Of a stretch of DNA of 64,000 nucleotides, positions 48,353 through 59,225 are shown piece by piece. This DNA comes from a virus (Duplodnaviria; Caudoviricetes). Position numbers and translations under genes: made by a program. The stretch lies in IMG/VR virus record IMGVR_UViG_3300035498_000877, positions 32,001 to 96,000 of that record; one strand, 5' to 3'. Below the pieces are notes generated by a model. That model searched no databases. It worked only from the letters and a program-made list of their open reading frames with translations, and was not told where the DNA came from. The first letter of the stretch is position 1; the number at the start of each line of letters is the position of its first letter.

Positions 48353-48759
48353 TGTCAATGCCTGGAACCAATCAACCAGATATTACATATTTAGATACTT
48401 ATATTGAAGATGGTCAAAAAGCTACTATTTCACTTGCTAACTTTTATGATACTACATTGGTAAAAAATATGATTAGAGAAAATCATATTTATAGAACTGC
48501 AATGAATGATTTCTTTTTAAAACATAGAGATCAACTATCTGATTCAATTGAATTATATAGTATTCCAGATTCCATGTTTTATAGACCAAAGTCAGTTAGT
48601 CTAGATTTATATGGAACTACTGAATTATGGTTAGCATTATTAAGAGTTAATGATTTTAAATCGGTAGCTGACTTCCATTATAATGTTATAAAGGTATATA
48701 GCCCATCAGATTTATATGAGCTGATAAATATATTTTTTAAACGAGAAGGAATTCGATGA
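48352..48759 (+). CDS. Baseplate wedge protein (T4 gp53/LysM-like)
   Basis: YRPKSVSLDLYGTTELWLALLRVND motif. Confidence 0.75.
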   Translation: MSMPGTNQPDITYLDTYIEDGQKATISLANFYDTTLVKNMIRENHIYRTAMNDFFLKHRDQLSDSIELYSIPDSMFYRPKSVSLDLYGTTELWLALLRVNDFKSVADFHYNVIKVYSPSDLYELINIFFKREGIR

Positions 48760-48831
48760 GATTACCACAATCTTGTAACTATTATAATAAAAAATAAAAT
48801 ATAGTAAATATCTGAAAGGAGATATAATAAA

Positions 48832-49752
48832 ATGACAAAGGATCAATTTAGTTTATTAGATGATTTACTCACCGAGTCAACGACTGATGAGAATAATGAT
48901 ACATTTGGAACTCAGCGTCATGATGTATCTATTCCAGTTCCACAGACGACTCAGCTCACTACTAAGCAACATGATGCTGCATTAACTGCATTAAAGCAGA
49001 GCTTTAAGGAAGCAGCTGATATTATTGATTCAATTATGAATGCTGAAATAGTTGATGATAAAGTATATGATGAGCAGGCTGAGTTTACAGAGAATGCACT
49101 CACAGATGCATTATATGAATCAGTAATCAATGGACCATTATTTGAGAAGGTTGATAGAACTGATAAGGAAGCTGTAAAGAATATTGTAAAAACAATTGGA
49201 CCAAAGGTTGGAAAGTTTGTTAAACAAGAGAAGACAGTGGTTTATAAACCATATAAGTTTGTTCTTAAGTTACTTACAGGAGCTGGGCTACTTGCTGCAA
49301 GTGGTGCTATTTCTACAGCTGCAGGTGTAGCTAATATGGCTGCTGCAGGCATTAACGTTGCTAAAGGTGCCGCAATTGCTACTGGAGCTATAGAAGGTGC
49401 TGCAAGTGGTGCTATTGCTACTTCAATTTCTCAATGCTGGAGTCAGCATGCATGGCAGTTTATTGGAACAATTGGATGTGAGAAAGCTGATATTCAAACA
49501 TTTGTTGATTCAATTAATAAAGAATTTGCTGAAGATCTCGGCGAATATAGAATACTTTATGTATCAACAACTCCAAATCTTGCTGATCTCTTCAGAACTA
49601 AGTTCAATTGGAAGAATCATAATCAATTCTATTTACTCTTAGTTGATAAGAAACTTCCTAAGGAAATTACAAAGGGTATTAAAGATACAGATAAGGCACT
49701 TGCTAGCTCAGGTGAAGAGAAAAAAGAAGAACCTAAAAATGATAACGAATAA
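48832..49752 (+). CDS. Putative internal virion protein with Ala/Gly-rich hydrophobic segment
   Basis: Acidic leader with LTE|, FKE|, FTE|, LYE|, LFE| sites; about 55-aa A/G-rich hydrophobic stretch. Confidence 0.6.
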   Translation: MTKDQFSLLDDLLTESTTDENNDTFGTQRHDVSIPVPQTTQLTTKQHDAALTALKQSFKEAADIIDSIMNAEIVDDKVYDEQAEFTENALTDALYESVINGPLFEKVDRTDKEAVKNIVKTIGPKVGKFVKQEKTVVYKPYKFVLKLLTGAGLLAASGAISTAAGVANMAAAGINVAKGAAIATGAIEGAASGAIATSISQCWSQHAWQFIGTIGCEKADIQTFVDSINKEFAEDLGEYRILYVSTTPNLADLFRTKFNWKNHNQFYLLLVDKKLPKEITKGIKDTDKALASSGEEKKEEPKNDNE

Positions 49753-49770
49753 TAAAAAAGAAGAGGGAGC

Positions 49771-50340
49771 TTATCCCTCTTCTTTTAACTTATTTAAGTG
49801 GTCTTGTAACTCAACTATCTCAAGCACATTGATAACAGCAATTAGATTATCATTGATATAAGTAAACTGATTATTATCAATCTGGATTTTAATTGGAAAT
49901 TCTTCTAGATCCATTTCTTCCATAAACTCATTCCAATGATTTTGCTGAAACTGAATAAATGCTTCATCAGATCCTCTTTCTCTGAATCTTCGCATAAATT
50001 CTTCCTTCACATAATCATCATTCTCTGGATATATCAGATAATAATTAATGCCATTCTCTCTCAATGCATCTCTAACGGCTTTATGAGATGATACAAATAT
50101 GATATCTTCAGCATCCATATGCTCTTTAATATGAGCAATATAGTTATTAGGGAAATCAGGATTTCTAGTATCAGTCTTATTACCCTCTTCATCATAAATC
50201 CAACTGAACAATGATGAATCAGAATCTAATATCTTTGATCCTTTCTCCTTATCTAAACACTTATCTGAATAAATCGAATAGTTATTGTAATACCATGACT
50301 TACCACATCCTGGGTATGCTGAAATAATTTTAGCTGACAT
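49771..50340 (-). CDS. P-loop NTPase/kinase-like protein
   Basis: IISAYPGCGKS Walker A; LDSDSSLF. Confidence 0.75.
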   Translation of the reverse strand: MSAKIISAYPGCGKSWYYNNYSIYSDKCLDKEKGSKILDSDSSLFSWIYDEEGNKTDTRNPDFPNNYIAHIKEHMDAEDIIFVSSHKAVRDALRENGINYYLIYPENDDYVKEEFMRRFRERGSDEAFIQFQQNHWNEFMEEMDLEEFPIKIQIDNNQFTYINDNLIAVINVLEIVELQDHLNKLKEEG

Positions 50341-51264
50341 TTAGTTATCCTCCATTTTTGTATTTTTATTTATACCAGCATCAATAAAATTTTTACCATA
50401 GTCTTTCTTTGTTGTATCCAATATAATGCCTGATAAGTTCTCAGATATATTATCAATGATATCAGATGATTTACCTGCAGTTGATTTTGTATTTTTAATA
50501 ATATCATTGGCGATAGATTCTAATTTATTTATACTATCAATTGTTGGTCCTGCATCAGTTGCAGTCATTTTTTCATAATCTTTTAAATCAGATTCTACTT
50601 GTTCTCGTGATCCTGGTTCATTGCTGACTTGAACGCTTCGAACATCATCAATATTATCGGCATCATTATCAGTGATACTACTATTATTATCATTAGTGAC
50701 CATATTATCAATAATGCTACCATCATTACCTATCACCTCCTGATTATTGATATTATTATCTGAAGGTATTTTGGCTGTACTAACACAACATTCTGGATGG
50801 GTTACTTTCACAGCTGTTGTGACAGAATCTAAAAGATCATCACTTTCATCTATCACTGGATCAAGTCCTCTACCAATTTTGATTGCTTTAGTTATATTGA
50901 TAACTTTTTCTTTGGTATTTCCAGACATATCAATCCTAGCTATTACTTCATATAAATTATCTATCGAATATATAGCATTATAATGTTTCAATGATTGTGC
51001 TAATTTGTGTAATTCATCTTCAGGCTCAGGTTCACTGATATCTTTTTCCAGCTCTTCCAAGTCTTCAAAGAATTCATCCATTGGCACTTCAGTATTTTCC
51101 TTAGCTTCATCATGATCATAATCTTGAGATCTATCATTTGTATTAACTACCTGAGTAGATACTGGAATATTTGATTTAGATTTGAATGTCTTGTTAATGA
51201 AATTATGGAATTGCATCTTTAATTGGTTATCATAGATATTTCCATTATCGTCTTTAAATTTCAT
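50341..51264 (-). CDS. Acidic hypothetical protein
   Basis: 307-aa ORF with GAGG RBS. Confidence 0.7.
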   Translation of the reverse strand: MKFKDDNGNIYDNQLKMQFHNFINKTFKSKSNIPVSTQVVNTNDRSQDYDHDEAKENTEVPMDEFFEDLEELEKDISEPEPEDELHKLAQSLKHYNAIYSIDNLYEVIARIDMSGNTKEKVINITKAIKIGRGLDPVIDESDDLLDSVTTAVKVTHPECCVSTAKIPSDNNINNQEVIGNDGSIIDNMVTNDNNSSITDNDADNIDDVRSVQVSNEPGSREQVESDLKDYEKMTATDAGPTIDSINKLESIANDIIKNTKSTAGKSSDIIDNISENLSGIILDTTKKDYGKNFIDAGINKNTKMEDN

Positions 51265-51273
51265 ATTATCCTC

Positions 51274-51522
51274 CTATTGTTTTGATATTTTTACATATAC
51301 TCCATCATCTTCTATTTCATCATTCTGTCCATTATCGATGATTATATTAGCATCTGGAATAGTCTTTTTACATGATGATACGAATTCATTAAATTGGCCT
51401 ATATTTTCAAAACTGTCTAACTTAATAATGAATATTTTTGTTATAGATGATGCTACCATGTTGACAATATCATCTAATTGATTTGAGTTGCTATTAACAT
51501 AATTCCTTTTTGTCATATTCAT
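51274..51522 (-). CDS. Hypothetical protein
   Basis: ORF with GAGGG RBS. Confidence 0.65.
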   Translation of the reverse strand: MNMTKRNYVNSNSNQLDDIVNMVASSITKIFIIKLDSFENIGQFNEFVSSCKKTIPDANIIIDNGQNDEIEDDGVYVKISKQ

Positions 51523-51570
51523 CTTATTTATCCCTCTTACTTTTACAAACTTTATTCATAGACTCCATAT

Positions 51571-52458
51571 TTAATTTTCTGAATATTCAAATAATTTTTT
51601 ATTATCATTACTGAATATTTCTATCTTGTACGATAATCCAGCTATTCTAATAAATCTAGAAAATATTTGAGCTGATAAAGGTTTCTTACCATTCAAAGTA
51701 GTCATCATATTATTGATAGTATAATCATCAACATTATCTGATTTTAATGTTGACTTGGTTATATTCTCCATGATTATCAATATCTTTATAATTTTCTTAA
51801 ATGGATCATCCTTAGTATTTAAAATATCATCATATTTAACAATTCCAGTATCAAATGTATTCTTTCTGTAATTATATGATAATAATCTTTTATTACCTTT
51901 ATATACAGTAACATTGTAATTTATGTGTAAAATCACATCTACCCATATACACCACTTGTCCATTCGCATAAATGTGATTTTAGATAGAGATTGATACATA
52001 TTAGTCAGTATCTTTTCTTCTATCTTTGGTCTGCACATATCTACTAGATCTACCATAGTAATATTCATTGCAGTTATTGTGCCTTTCACGCACTGTGTAA
52101 ACATATTATCTCCATCGCATAATTGAGGAACTAATATTTCATCGTTGTCACACAGCCGTTGTTTATAAAGTATCTTATTAGCTTCTTCATTTGTCAGTCT
52201 ATCAGATATATCTGATATACCAATTTTTATCATATCTTTAACATTTTTATTATTACTAAATTTAGTAATAATCTTTTTCTTCCCATCATATATAGGATAG
52301 AAACCAGTCAAAGCATCTGATGTTGTAGCAGCTCGGGAAAACATATACAGTCTTCCATCTGTTGGATCATAATACAATTTTCCTTCAAGCATATTAGGCT
52401 CATTTATATCCCCATATACTTCATATGTCTTTTTTGATCCAGCAATAATCCCGATCAT
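51571..52458 (-). CDS. Hypothetical protein with two putative HTH-like repeats
   Basis: DNMFTQCVK..MNIT..NMYQSL / DDPFKKIIK..ENIT..NNMMTTL internal repeat. Confidence 0.55.
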   Translation of the reverse strand: MIGIIAGSKKTYEVYGDINEPNMLEGKLYYDPTDGRLYMFSRAATTSDALTGFYPIYDGKKKIITKFSNNKNVKDMIKIGISDISDRLTNEEANKILYKQRLCDNDEILVPQLCDGDNMFTQCVKGTITAMNITMVDLVDMCRPKIEEKILTNMYQSLSKITFMRMDKWCIWVDVILHINYNVTVYKGNKRLLSYNYRKNTFDTGIVKYDDILNTKDDPFKKIIKILIIMENITKSTLKSDNVDDYTINNMMTTLNGKKPLSAQIFSRFIRIAGLSYKIEIFSNDNKKLFEYSEN

Positions 52459-52557
52459 AAAAATAAACTCCTTTCTATATTATTATACAAATATAATATA
52501 TAAGTAAAATCTTCAAGAATATAAATACAGGGGTTATATAACCCCTGTATTATTTGT

Positions 52558-53226
52558 TTATTTAAATTCATCAAACTTCGGCTGTATATCAACTATTGCT
52601 GGATTAGTGCCAGTATGTTCTACCTTATTCTTTTGATCAATAAACATATTGTACATTAATAATGATAATACATTAATATCCAATTTCTGTAAGGTGAATA
52701 ATAATGATGTCAATTCATTGAGAGTTAATAGAACAGATGACTGTTCATTATTAAATTTAATCTTTATACCCTCAATTCTATTATCATCCTGAGTTATCAC
52801 AACAGCTGACAATTCAATTGTCATAGTACCAATCATGAATACTCTACGCACCTTACTAGCAGCTTCTTCATTCAATTCTAATCGTTTTCCAGTGTATGTA
52901 TACAAATCAGGAATTAATAAATCTTTACTGATTAATTCCAATTCAGACACAAATACTGGTAGATTAAATTTAGTCATAGTTAATGTATCATTAGGATTCC
53001 ATATTGGTCTAATTCTATTACCATTCTCATCAACTGTATTTGCTCTAATGATAGATAATAATACAATTGGATATAACGCAACTGAATTACTCCTATTTCC
53101 ATCTACACTACTAATATACTCACTAGTCCTAGTATCATCCACATTAAGTCTTATCTCCAATCTGAGTTTATTAGGAATAGTTAAGCATTGATATCTTGCT
53201 GTTTGTTTCACATTTATGTCCTCCAA
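52558..53226 (-). CDS. Hypothetical protein co-transcribed with RNAP beta
   Basis: Starts 3 nt after the RNAP stop. Confidence 0.75.
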   Translation of the reverse strand: MEDINVKQTARYQCLTIPNKLRLEIRLNVDDTRTSEYISSVDGNRSNSVALYPIVLLSIIRANTVDENGNRIRPIWNPNDTLTMTKFNLPVFVSELELISKDLLIPDLYTYTGKRLELNEEAASKVRRVFMIGTMTIELSAVVITQDDNRIEGIKIKFNNEQSSVLLTLNELTSLLFTLQKLDINVLSLLMYNMFIDQKNKVEHTGTNPAIVDIQPKFDEFK

Positions 53227-53229
53227 TTT

Positions 53230-53658
53230 TTATTTTTCTTCCATTAATTGATTTTCATCAAATTTTCTATAATTATCCCTTGGATCTTTTTCTACAATAA
53301 TATCCATGGGTTCATTTGTAACTCCATATACTTTTAACTTTCCTTCAGATGCATGATATAATGCATCTAATGTTTTGTTATATTCTTCTTCTGAATCACA
53401 TACTATTCTTAATGATTCCCAATCGTCATCTAATTTTTCTTCTTCCATATACTTGGCTATTTTATAATGCATTTCGTTTTCATATAATGAATCATCAAAA
53501 TACATTGATTTCATATCACAAAATGGTGACAACTCCCCTGACTGGCCCGGATCTGAGGCACTGCCTTGTGCAAGGTCTGTCCAACCGACCATAGATGGAT
53601 GTAATATACGTTGACGAATTGGGATTCTTCTAGTATCATTTCCTCCTAGTGAATTTGG
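53230..53658 (-). CDS. rpoB: RNA polymerase beta subunit N-terminal half, exon 3
   Basis: PNSLGG..RILHPSMVGWTD..SDPG corresponds to beta fork-loop-2/region D (bacterial GPGGL..RDVHPTHYG). Confidence 0.88.
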   Translation of the reverse strand, partial: PNSLGGNDTRRIPIRQRILHPSMVGWTDLAQGSASDPGQSGELSPFCDMKSMYFDDSLYENEMHYKIAKYMEEEKLDDDWESLRIVCDSEEEYNKTLDALYHASEGKLKVYGVTNEPMDIIVEKDPRDNYRKFDENQLMEEK

Positions 53659-54152
53659 CAATTATCTTCATATTAGTTCGCAACACTAATACAGTTCCTT
53701 TATGAACTTCTCATACTCTCGTATGACAATAACCTATCTCAAGGTTAAGGTGTGTTTCCACAGTTGAGACTATATCTTTACTATATTATCTTTTACCAAT
53801 GAATATAGTACCACTCGTTTCCCATTACTCTATTCCCTGTCAGGGTTTATAGCCCTCATTAGCTTAGGGGGTACTCTACTGACTACATTGTATAGGTTAT
53901 TAGTCCATATACGTAGTTGACCGATAGTCGTTGAACTTTGTATTATTTTATTTTCACATTTTACTATTTAAAACTAAAATTAATTATACCTAGCTGCCTG
54001 TGATTGTCTAATCCTAAATGATTTTACCATCCGATAGTCGTTATACTATCTGCTACACTGTATCAGCTGCGGTTATTTAGGCTATAAAGAGTTTCCGGCA
54101 ATTAGTAGTGGTAAGGCTCGTAAATTTACTGCTATGAGGCTAGTAATAGGCA
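53659..54152 (-). mobile_element. Group I intron 2 (494 nt, ORF-less)
   Basis: 5' site KKG(GGU)| with P1 AGGU/GCCU; core TAATTGCCGGAAAC, CAGGCAGCTAG, GTTCAACGACTA, AGATATAGTC; ends ATAATTG. Confidence 0.9.
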
Positions 54153-54257
54153 ACCTTTTTTAGTGTATGTAAGGAAGGAATGAAAATCCATATCTGAATT
54201 TGATTCTGCATATCTAAGAACTCCAGATGAATATAACTTTGTTAGAAAAATATCTTC
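54153..54257 (-). CDS. rpoB: RNA polymerase beta subunit N-terminal half, exon 2 (35 codons, not in ORF track)
   Basis: EDIFLTKLYSSGVLRYAESNSDMDFHSFLTYTKKG joins exons 1 and 3 in frame. Confidence 0.88.
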
Positions 54258-54700
54258 CAATTATCTTCACATAATTTCGCATGCGGATTATGTAGTTCCC
54301 TTATGAACTTCTCCTACTTTCATAGGACAACATGTTATTTCAAACATGAGGTGCATTACTGCAGTTGTGACTATATCTTCTATTATATTCTATTACCAAA
54401 TATAACAGTCTCTCGTTTCCTTTTACATATAACCATTCCATTGTTATATAACCCAATTCTACTTGGTAAGTACTCTACTGACTATATTAGTACCGTATTT
54501 CTCGAATACTATAGTTGGTCGATAGTCGATGAACACTCATCTTTACAGATGATTAGCTGCGATGATTATCCCTATTCAATACCTTTTAACTATACCTTGA
54601 GATATTACCTCTTGCCATTTATTATATTTCTATAATAATTTAGTAGTATTGACTTAGCAGGAACTTCCCGCAATTATGAGAGAATCCCCAAAGAGATTTT
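54258..54700 (-). mobile_element. Group I intron 1 (443 nt, ORF-less)
   Basis: 5' site FP(CCU)| with P1 UCCCU-AAA..UUU-GGGGA; core TAATTGCGGGAAGTTCC, ATCGCAGCTAA, GTTCATCGACTA, AGATATAGTC; ends ATAATTG. Confidence 0.9.
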
Positions 54701-55864
54701 AGGGAATCTGAAAAGTTTTAAATAATCAGATATAAGAGCTTTATCACCCAGACTTACTATACGATTAATTCGTTTTGATACTTCAGCAGTTACAAAACTT
54801 CCTAAGTACTCATTGCATCTTAATCGCTTATTCTCCATTGATAAATTATCTTTTGCCCATAGTTTATGATAATTCTGAATTATCCATCTAAGTAAATGAT
54901 AAATATCTTGTTTATCGTAATCATTGATCTTTAATTCTTTCTTAGATACATCATCAAGTAATCTATTAAAGAATATATGTTGATATACTCCTCTACGTAC
55001 AGTATTCTTTCCACCTACTATTATCATCCACTCTTCCCAATCATCTATCTTGTCATATGAGATTTTAGTTTCTTCAAATAGTTTTATTAGACATCCTACT
55101 ATAGATCTTACATAGATTTCTTTATCAAATATATTCTTCTTCACTATAACAACAATATCACTTTTCTTTCCGCAGTCAAATTTAATTATTTTATCTGAAT
55201 CAGGATAGTTTCCATCTTTCTTTCCAACATAAATAAATTTATCCACTTCCATAAATATCAATGTCTTTGTAATACCAAGATTCGAATATATCAATAATAC
55301 ATTAATTGCATTCTTGAATATCTGAATTGTATATATTGGAATTTGATATTCATTTCCTTTGGTATCTGTAAAGTTTTCCTTTATAGTCTTTACACATATT
55401 GGCATTAGTGATTTAATTGTTACAGCTCCAAATGATGGATATAACATTTTATCTACCATCTGGTATATTAAATAACATTTCTTTCCTTTTATCATACAAT
55501 AACCATTCTCATCTATCAGTGGGATTAGAATTGGTTTCGTTAGATAGTGAACCTTTAGTACTCCATCTTTATCATGGCCAGATACTTCAATGTTTAAATA
55601 CATTACTCCACATCTAGTTTCTGATATATTTTTGATGGCCTTATTCTTATTTGCATTTCTTCTGATAACATGATCATTTACATCATACTTATCTTCATCA
55701 GGCTCCCATTCATAGCTCAATATTTTTATATTGGGCAGAATTTCAAATCCTTTAAATGCATCGAATATGTACTCTTCCAATGGTTTATCATATGACTTTT
55801 GAATTAATCCAACATTTAAATTTTCTTTGTATGGATTGGGTAATTTATTAATATATTTCTTCAT
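54701..55864 (-). CDS. rpoB: RNA polymerase beta subunit N-terminal half, exon 1
   Basis: ILIPLIDENGYCMIKG..YQMVD and DNLSMENKRLRCNEY resemble bacterial beta IPLMT..G.FIING and DHLGNRRIR. Spliced product is 565 aa. Confidence 0.88.
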
Positions 55865-55929
55865 GATACACCTCCTATTATATCATTATATTGATATCTA
55901 ATTGGCTCTCCTTTATTGTTGCATTTCAT
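55861..55929 (-). CDS. 22-aa upstream peptide overlapping the RNAP start (ATGA)
   Basis: GAAAGGAGG RBS; MKCNNKGEPIRYQYNDIIGGVS*. Confidence 0.5.
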   Translation of the reverse strand: MKCNNKGEPIRYQYNDIIGGVS

Positions 55930-56014
55930 ATTTAACAACCTCCTTTCACTTGTCCAATAAAAAATATATAATTAAAATTTTTATTAGGATCCATGTTTAT
56001 CATAATAACTGAAT

Positions 56015-56116
56015 TTATTCTTGATAATTATCTCCTGACATCAAAAATATTAATAGTCCTAATAATATCAATAATTCTTCTCTGTTCTCTGTAATCCATT
56101 CAGTAAATTTTCCCAT
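56015..56116 (-). CDS. 33-aa small membrane peptide (not in ORF track)
   Basis: GGGGGT RBS; MGKFTEWITENREELLILLGLLIFLMSGDNYQE*. Confidence 0.5.
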   Translation of the reverse strand: MGKFTEWITENREELLILLGLLIFLMSGDNYQE

Positions 56117-56208
56117 AACTATATACCCCCAGTAATATTATTTTTGTAATAATTATGTTCGTATAAAGAGGCGAAAAAATAGAGGGAGTTAATACTCCCT
56201 CTATCTAT

Positions 56209-57345
56209 TTACTGATTATTTTCTTTTGCTGCTCTATCAGCAATTGTTCCATATGTTGCAATGATATCATCATATAGTTGATCTAACAAGTTTTGAAGAT
56301 TTGTTTTGATTCTTTCTTTGATACTATCAGGAATAAGATTTCTGATATAATTATCAAGTGCAATAACCATTGCTGTTGTCTCTCTTCTATCTTTCCCATC
56401 ATAATTATCATAATTAGAATATGTTACTTTTGTCATGAAATATAAACAAATCATATTATTCAACTCACGATATTTTGTATCAAGAAATTTTTCTTCAAAC
56501 TTTGATAATTCAAATATGACCTTAGAAGGAATATGAATCTTATGAAGTTTATCAGATGCTCTATTAATTCTGTAATCAATATCTTTCTTGCTTCCCCATG
56601 CCTTAATTAATGATTTTTTCATTGTATCACTAATGGGTTCAGATAGAAAGTCAAGATATTTAGCCTGCTTATATTCATTTACACTAGCCAACATTTTCTC
56701 TTTCGATTCTTCATCTTCACATTCATTAGCAATTTTTTCTAACTCCAATATATGCTGCTCTTCATTCAATTCAATAAGCTTAGATCTAGACTCCTCTATA
56801 TTTCTGTATTCTTTAAGTGCAGATACATAATTAAATTGGTCATCAGCAGCTGCTTTAATACGATCCATTGTCTGCTCATGATCAACACCAATGATTGGAT
56901 GTCCTGATCCAAAGATTCCAATAACATCATCTTCAGTCATTGAATCTAAACCATTGAAGAAATTATATGTTTCTTCTGTTTGATCTTCTGTCTTAGGAGT
57001 GCAATGCTCATTATTAAAAGCCCATATCTTTTTCATCTGATCTTCAGTAATACTATATTCTTTCTTTGTCGCCTTTAAATCCTCTGACATGAGTTCAAGC
57101 ATCTCTCTGGCATTCTTAATCATATCATCAAGTTGATCTAATGTTTCAGGAGTTATTGTGCCATCTTCACCAATCAATGATACAGAATCTTCAGTATCAT
57201 CAGAATTATCAATACTCTTATTATTGTCATCAATAATCTCTTGTGATTCATCTTCACTCACTCCTTTACTCATCAAATAATCTTTCATATCTTGATCTGA
57301 TTGTGGGAATTGTACAATATTATCATCATTCTCGTTTGGTTCCAT
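56209..57345 (-). CDS. Hypothetical helical protein
   Basis: 378 aa with GGAGGT RBS; downstream of the chaperonin. Confidence 0.75.
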   Translation of the reverse strand: MEPNENDDNIVQFPQSDQDMKDYLMSKGVSEDESQEIIDDNNKSIDNSDDTEDSVSLIGEDGTITPETLDQLDDMIKNAREMLELMSEDLKATKKEYSITEDQMKKIWAFNNEHCTPKTEDQTEETYNFFNGLDSMTEDDVIGIFGSGHPIIGVDHEQTMDRIKAAADDQFNYVSALKEYRNIEESRSKLIELNEEQHILELEKIANECEDEESKEKMLASVNEYKQAKYLDFLSEPISDTMKKSLIKAWGSKKDIDYRINRASDKLHKIHIPSKVIFELSKFEEKFLDTKYRELNNMICLYFMTKVTYSNYDNYDGKDRRETTAMVIALDNYIRNLIPDSIKERIKTNLQNLLDQLYDDIIATYGTIADRAAKENNQ

Positions 57346-57359
57346 TATTGCTATACCTC

Positions 57360-59225
57360 CTATACATATGCTTCTACAGTTTCTTGATGTGAGTTATCAA
57401 CATCTGGGTCCATTACTATACATTGATTTCCTGAGATAAGGATCTTTACTAATTCAGAAGCAACTGTCAATACCATTACGTCAGTTTCAGCTGATGTTAC
57501 AATATTTTCATTGTACTCTAATGTCTCAATATCAAATACTTTCATACTCTTAATAGACTCTAAAAGTATTTCTTCTTTCTTTGCATTAGCTTCTTTATTT
57601 AATTCAGGAAGTCCTTCCTCAGTTGTATATTGCCATCTTGGAATCAATTTATGTATTCCTAATCCATCTGGACCACGAAGTACTTTTATGTATACCAACT
57701 CACATGATTTGACAATCATTTCTAATATCATAATCTCCAATATAACATCTTCTGGTATTTCACTATTTTGTGAATTATAATAAGATTGTAATTCTAATAT
57801 ACGATCAGTAGCTGCTTTTATTATACTTAACTGGCATCCTGGTACAATACCATACTTTATGGCTGATCTGATACACTTGATAACATCTTCAACTGAATCC
57901 CATATAATATTTTTCTGTAATGAGCTATCAGCTCCTATATAATAAATATATGTATTTAAATGAAGTTTCATGACTCTAGCATTAGCTTTATATATCTTTT
58001 CAGAGAATGATTGTCTTTCATTGTCTGTCTGAGATTCAATATCGCTAAGATCTTGATTAGCCCTATTGACAAGATCTTTATATCTGTCATACTCAAATAT
58101 ATCATCATCTGGTTTAAATATAGAACCATTATTACATGTCAACATAGCTGATTTAGCATGACATATTAATTGATATAATGGATATGTTTCATCTTCTAAT
58201 ATATTTTCAACCATCGTATCTGATCCATCTGCATAAATAGATGCTGTCATTTCTGTTGCTAAACTTTGTGTTATTACTTTTCCTTTTAATATAACAGCGA
58301 GATCACCAAGATCATTATCATCTACTTTAGACCGTAAATACTGAGCTGATATAAGATTTATATTTCCTTGTCTGAATTCTATAGTTGTATATTGCTGCAA
58401 TATTGTTTCACACATTAATACATCATACTGAGGAGCAATAATCAATAACTTAGATCCTTTAGCTTTCAATACTTCATTAATCTTAAATATGACATTCTGC
58501 ATGAAATCTGATTCTAATTTATGATCAAATATCATCACATAAATATCTGATTCTTCTGTACTTAAGTCTTCATTCTTTACATATGCATCACTAATTAAAT
58601 TAGCTGCAAAATCATACCCATCAATCTTCTCAACATATGATTTATTTGTAGGAGAATCTTTCTGTTTAATTGAAGGAGAAGCTGTTTCCTTGTATATATT
58701 AGCAATATTCTCACTTATCTCTTTATTACCATTACTAGAAACATATGCTAAATTATAAATAGTATCACTATCTAAATCAATTGGTTTAGAATAATCAGAT
58801 ACTCTATCACACAAATCTTTTACAACCTTATCCCAAGTATTTATAAATTGCCTTGGTAAACGGTATGAAGCATATATCTTATCTTTGCATGATTTATAGG
58901 TAGAAAATAATGCATCAGTCAATGCAATAGCTGTTGTAGTTCCATCACCTACAGTATTATTCATTTTGGTACATGGTCCCATTATTAAATTCAATATCAT
59001 TCTCTTATACTTATTATGAAAACGATAATTCTTTAATATTGAATATCCATCTTTAGTAGCTTCTGTCAATGATCCATCTAGTATAGTAGCTGATGATCCA
59101 AGTGGTCCAAGTGATTTAGATAAATTTGTAGATATTACATTGAATACTTCTTGTACCAATCCTTCAAACTCAGCTTGGGGGATAATGTTACTCTGTGTGT
59201 CATTTGAATATTTTAAAAATTCCAT
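57360..59225 (-). CDS. groEL: GroEL-like phage chaperonin
   Basis: SLGPLG, TKDGYSI, VGDGTTT, SSNGN, VEDVI..A...GIVPG motifs. Confidence 0.9.
   Translation of the reverse strand: MEFLKYSNDTQSNIIPQAEFEGLVQEVFNVISTNLSKSLGPLGSSATILDGSLTEATKDGYSILKNYRFHNKYKRMILNLIMGPCTKMNNTVGDGTTTAIALTDALFSTYKSCKDKIYASYRLPRQFINTWDKVVKDLCDRVSDYSKPIDLDSDTIYNLAYVSSNGNKEISENIANIYKETASPSIKQKDSPTNKSYVEKIDGYDFAANLISDAYVKNEDLSTEESDIYVMIFDHKLESDFMQNVIFKINEVLKAKGSKLLIIAPQYDVLMCETILQQYTTIEFRQGNINLISAQYLRSKVDDNDLGDLAVILKGKVITQSLATEMTASIYADGSDTMVENILEDETYPLYQLICHAKSAMLTCNNGSIFKPDDDIFEYDRYKDLVNRANQDLSDIESQTDNERQSFSEKIYKANARVMKLHLNTYIYYIGADSSLQKNIIWDSVEDVIKCIRSAIKYGIVPGCQLSIIKAATDRILELQSYYNSQNSEIPEDVILEIMILEMIVKSCELVYIKVLRGPDGLGIHKLIPRWQYTTEEGLPELNKEANAKKEEILLESIKSMKVFDIETLEYNENIVTSAETDVMVLTVASELVKILISGNQCIVMDPDVDNSHQETVEAYV

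Noticed and set aside
54303-54635. 110-aa plus-strand ORF as an intron endonuclease
   Set aside because: Antisense to the intron core, with no nuclease motifs.
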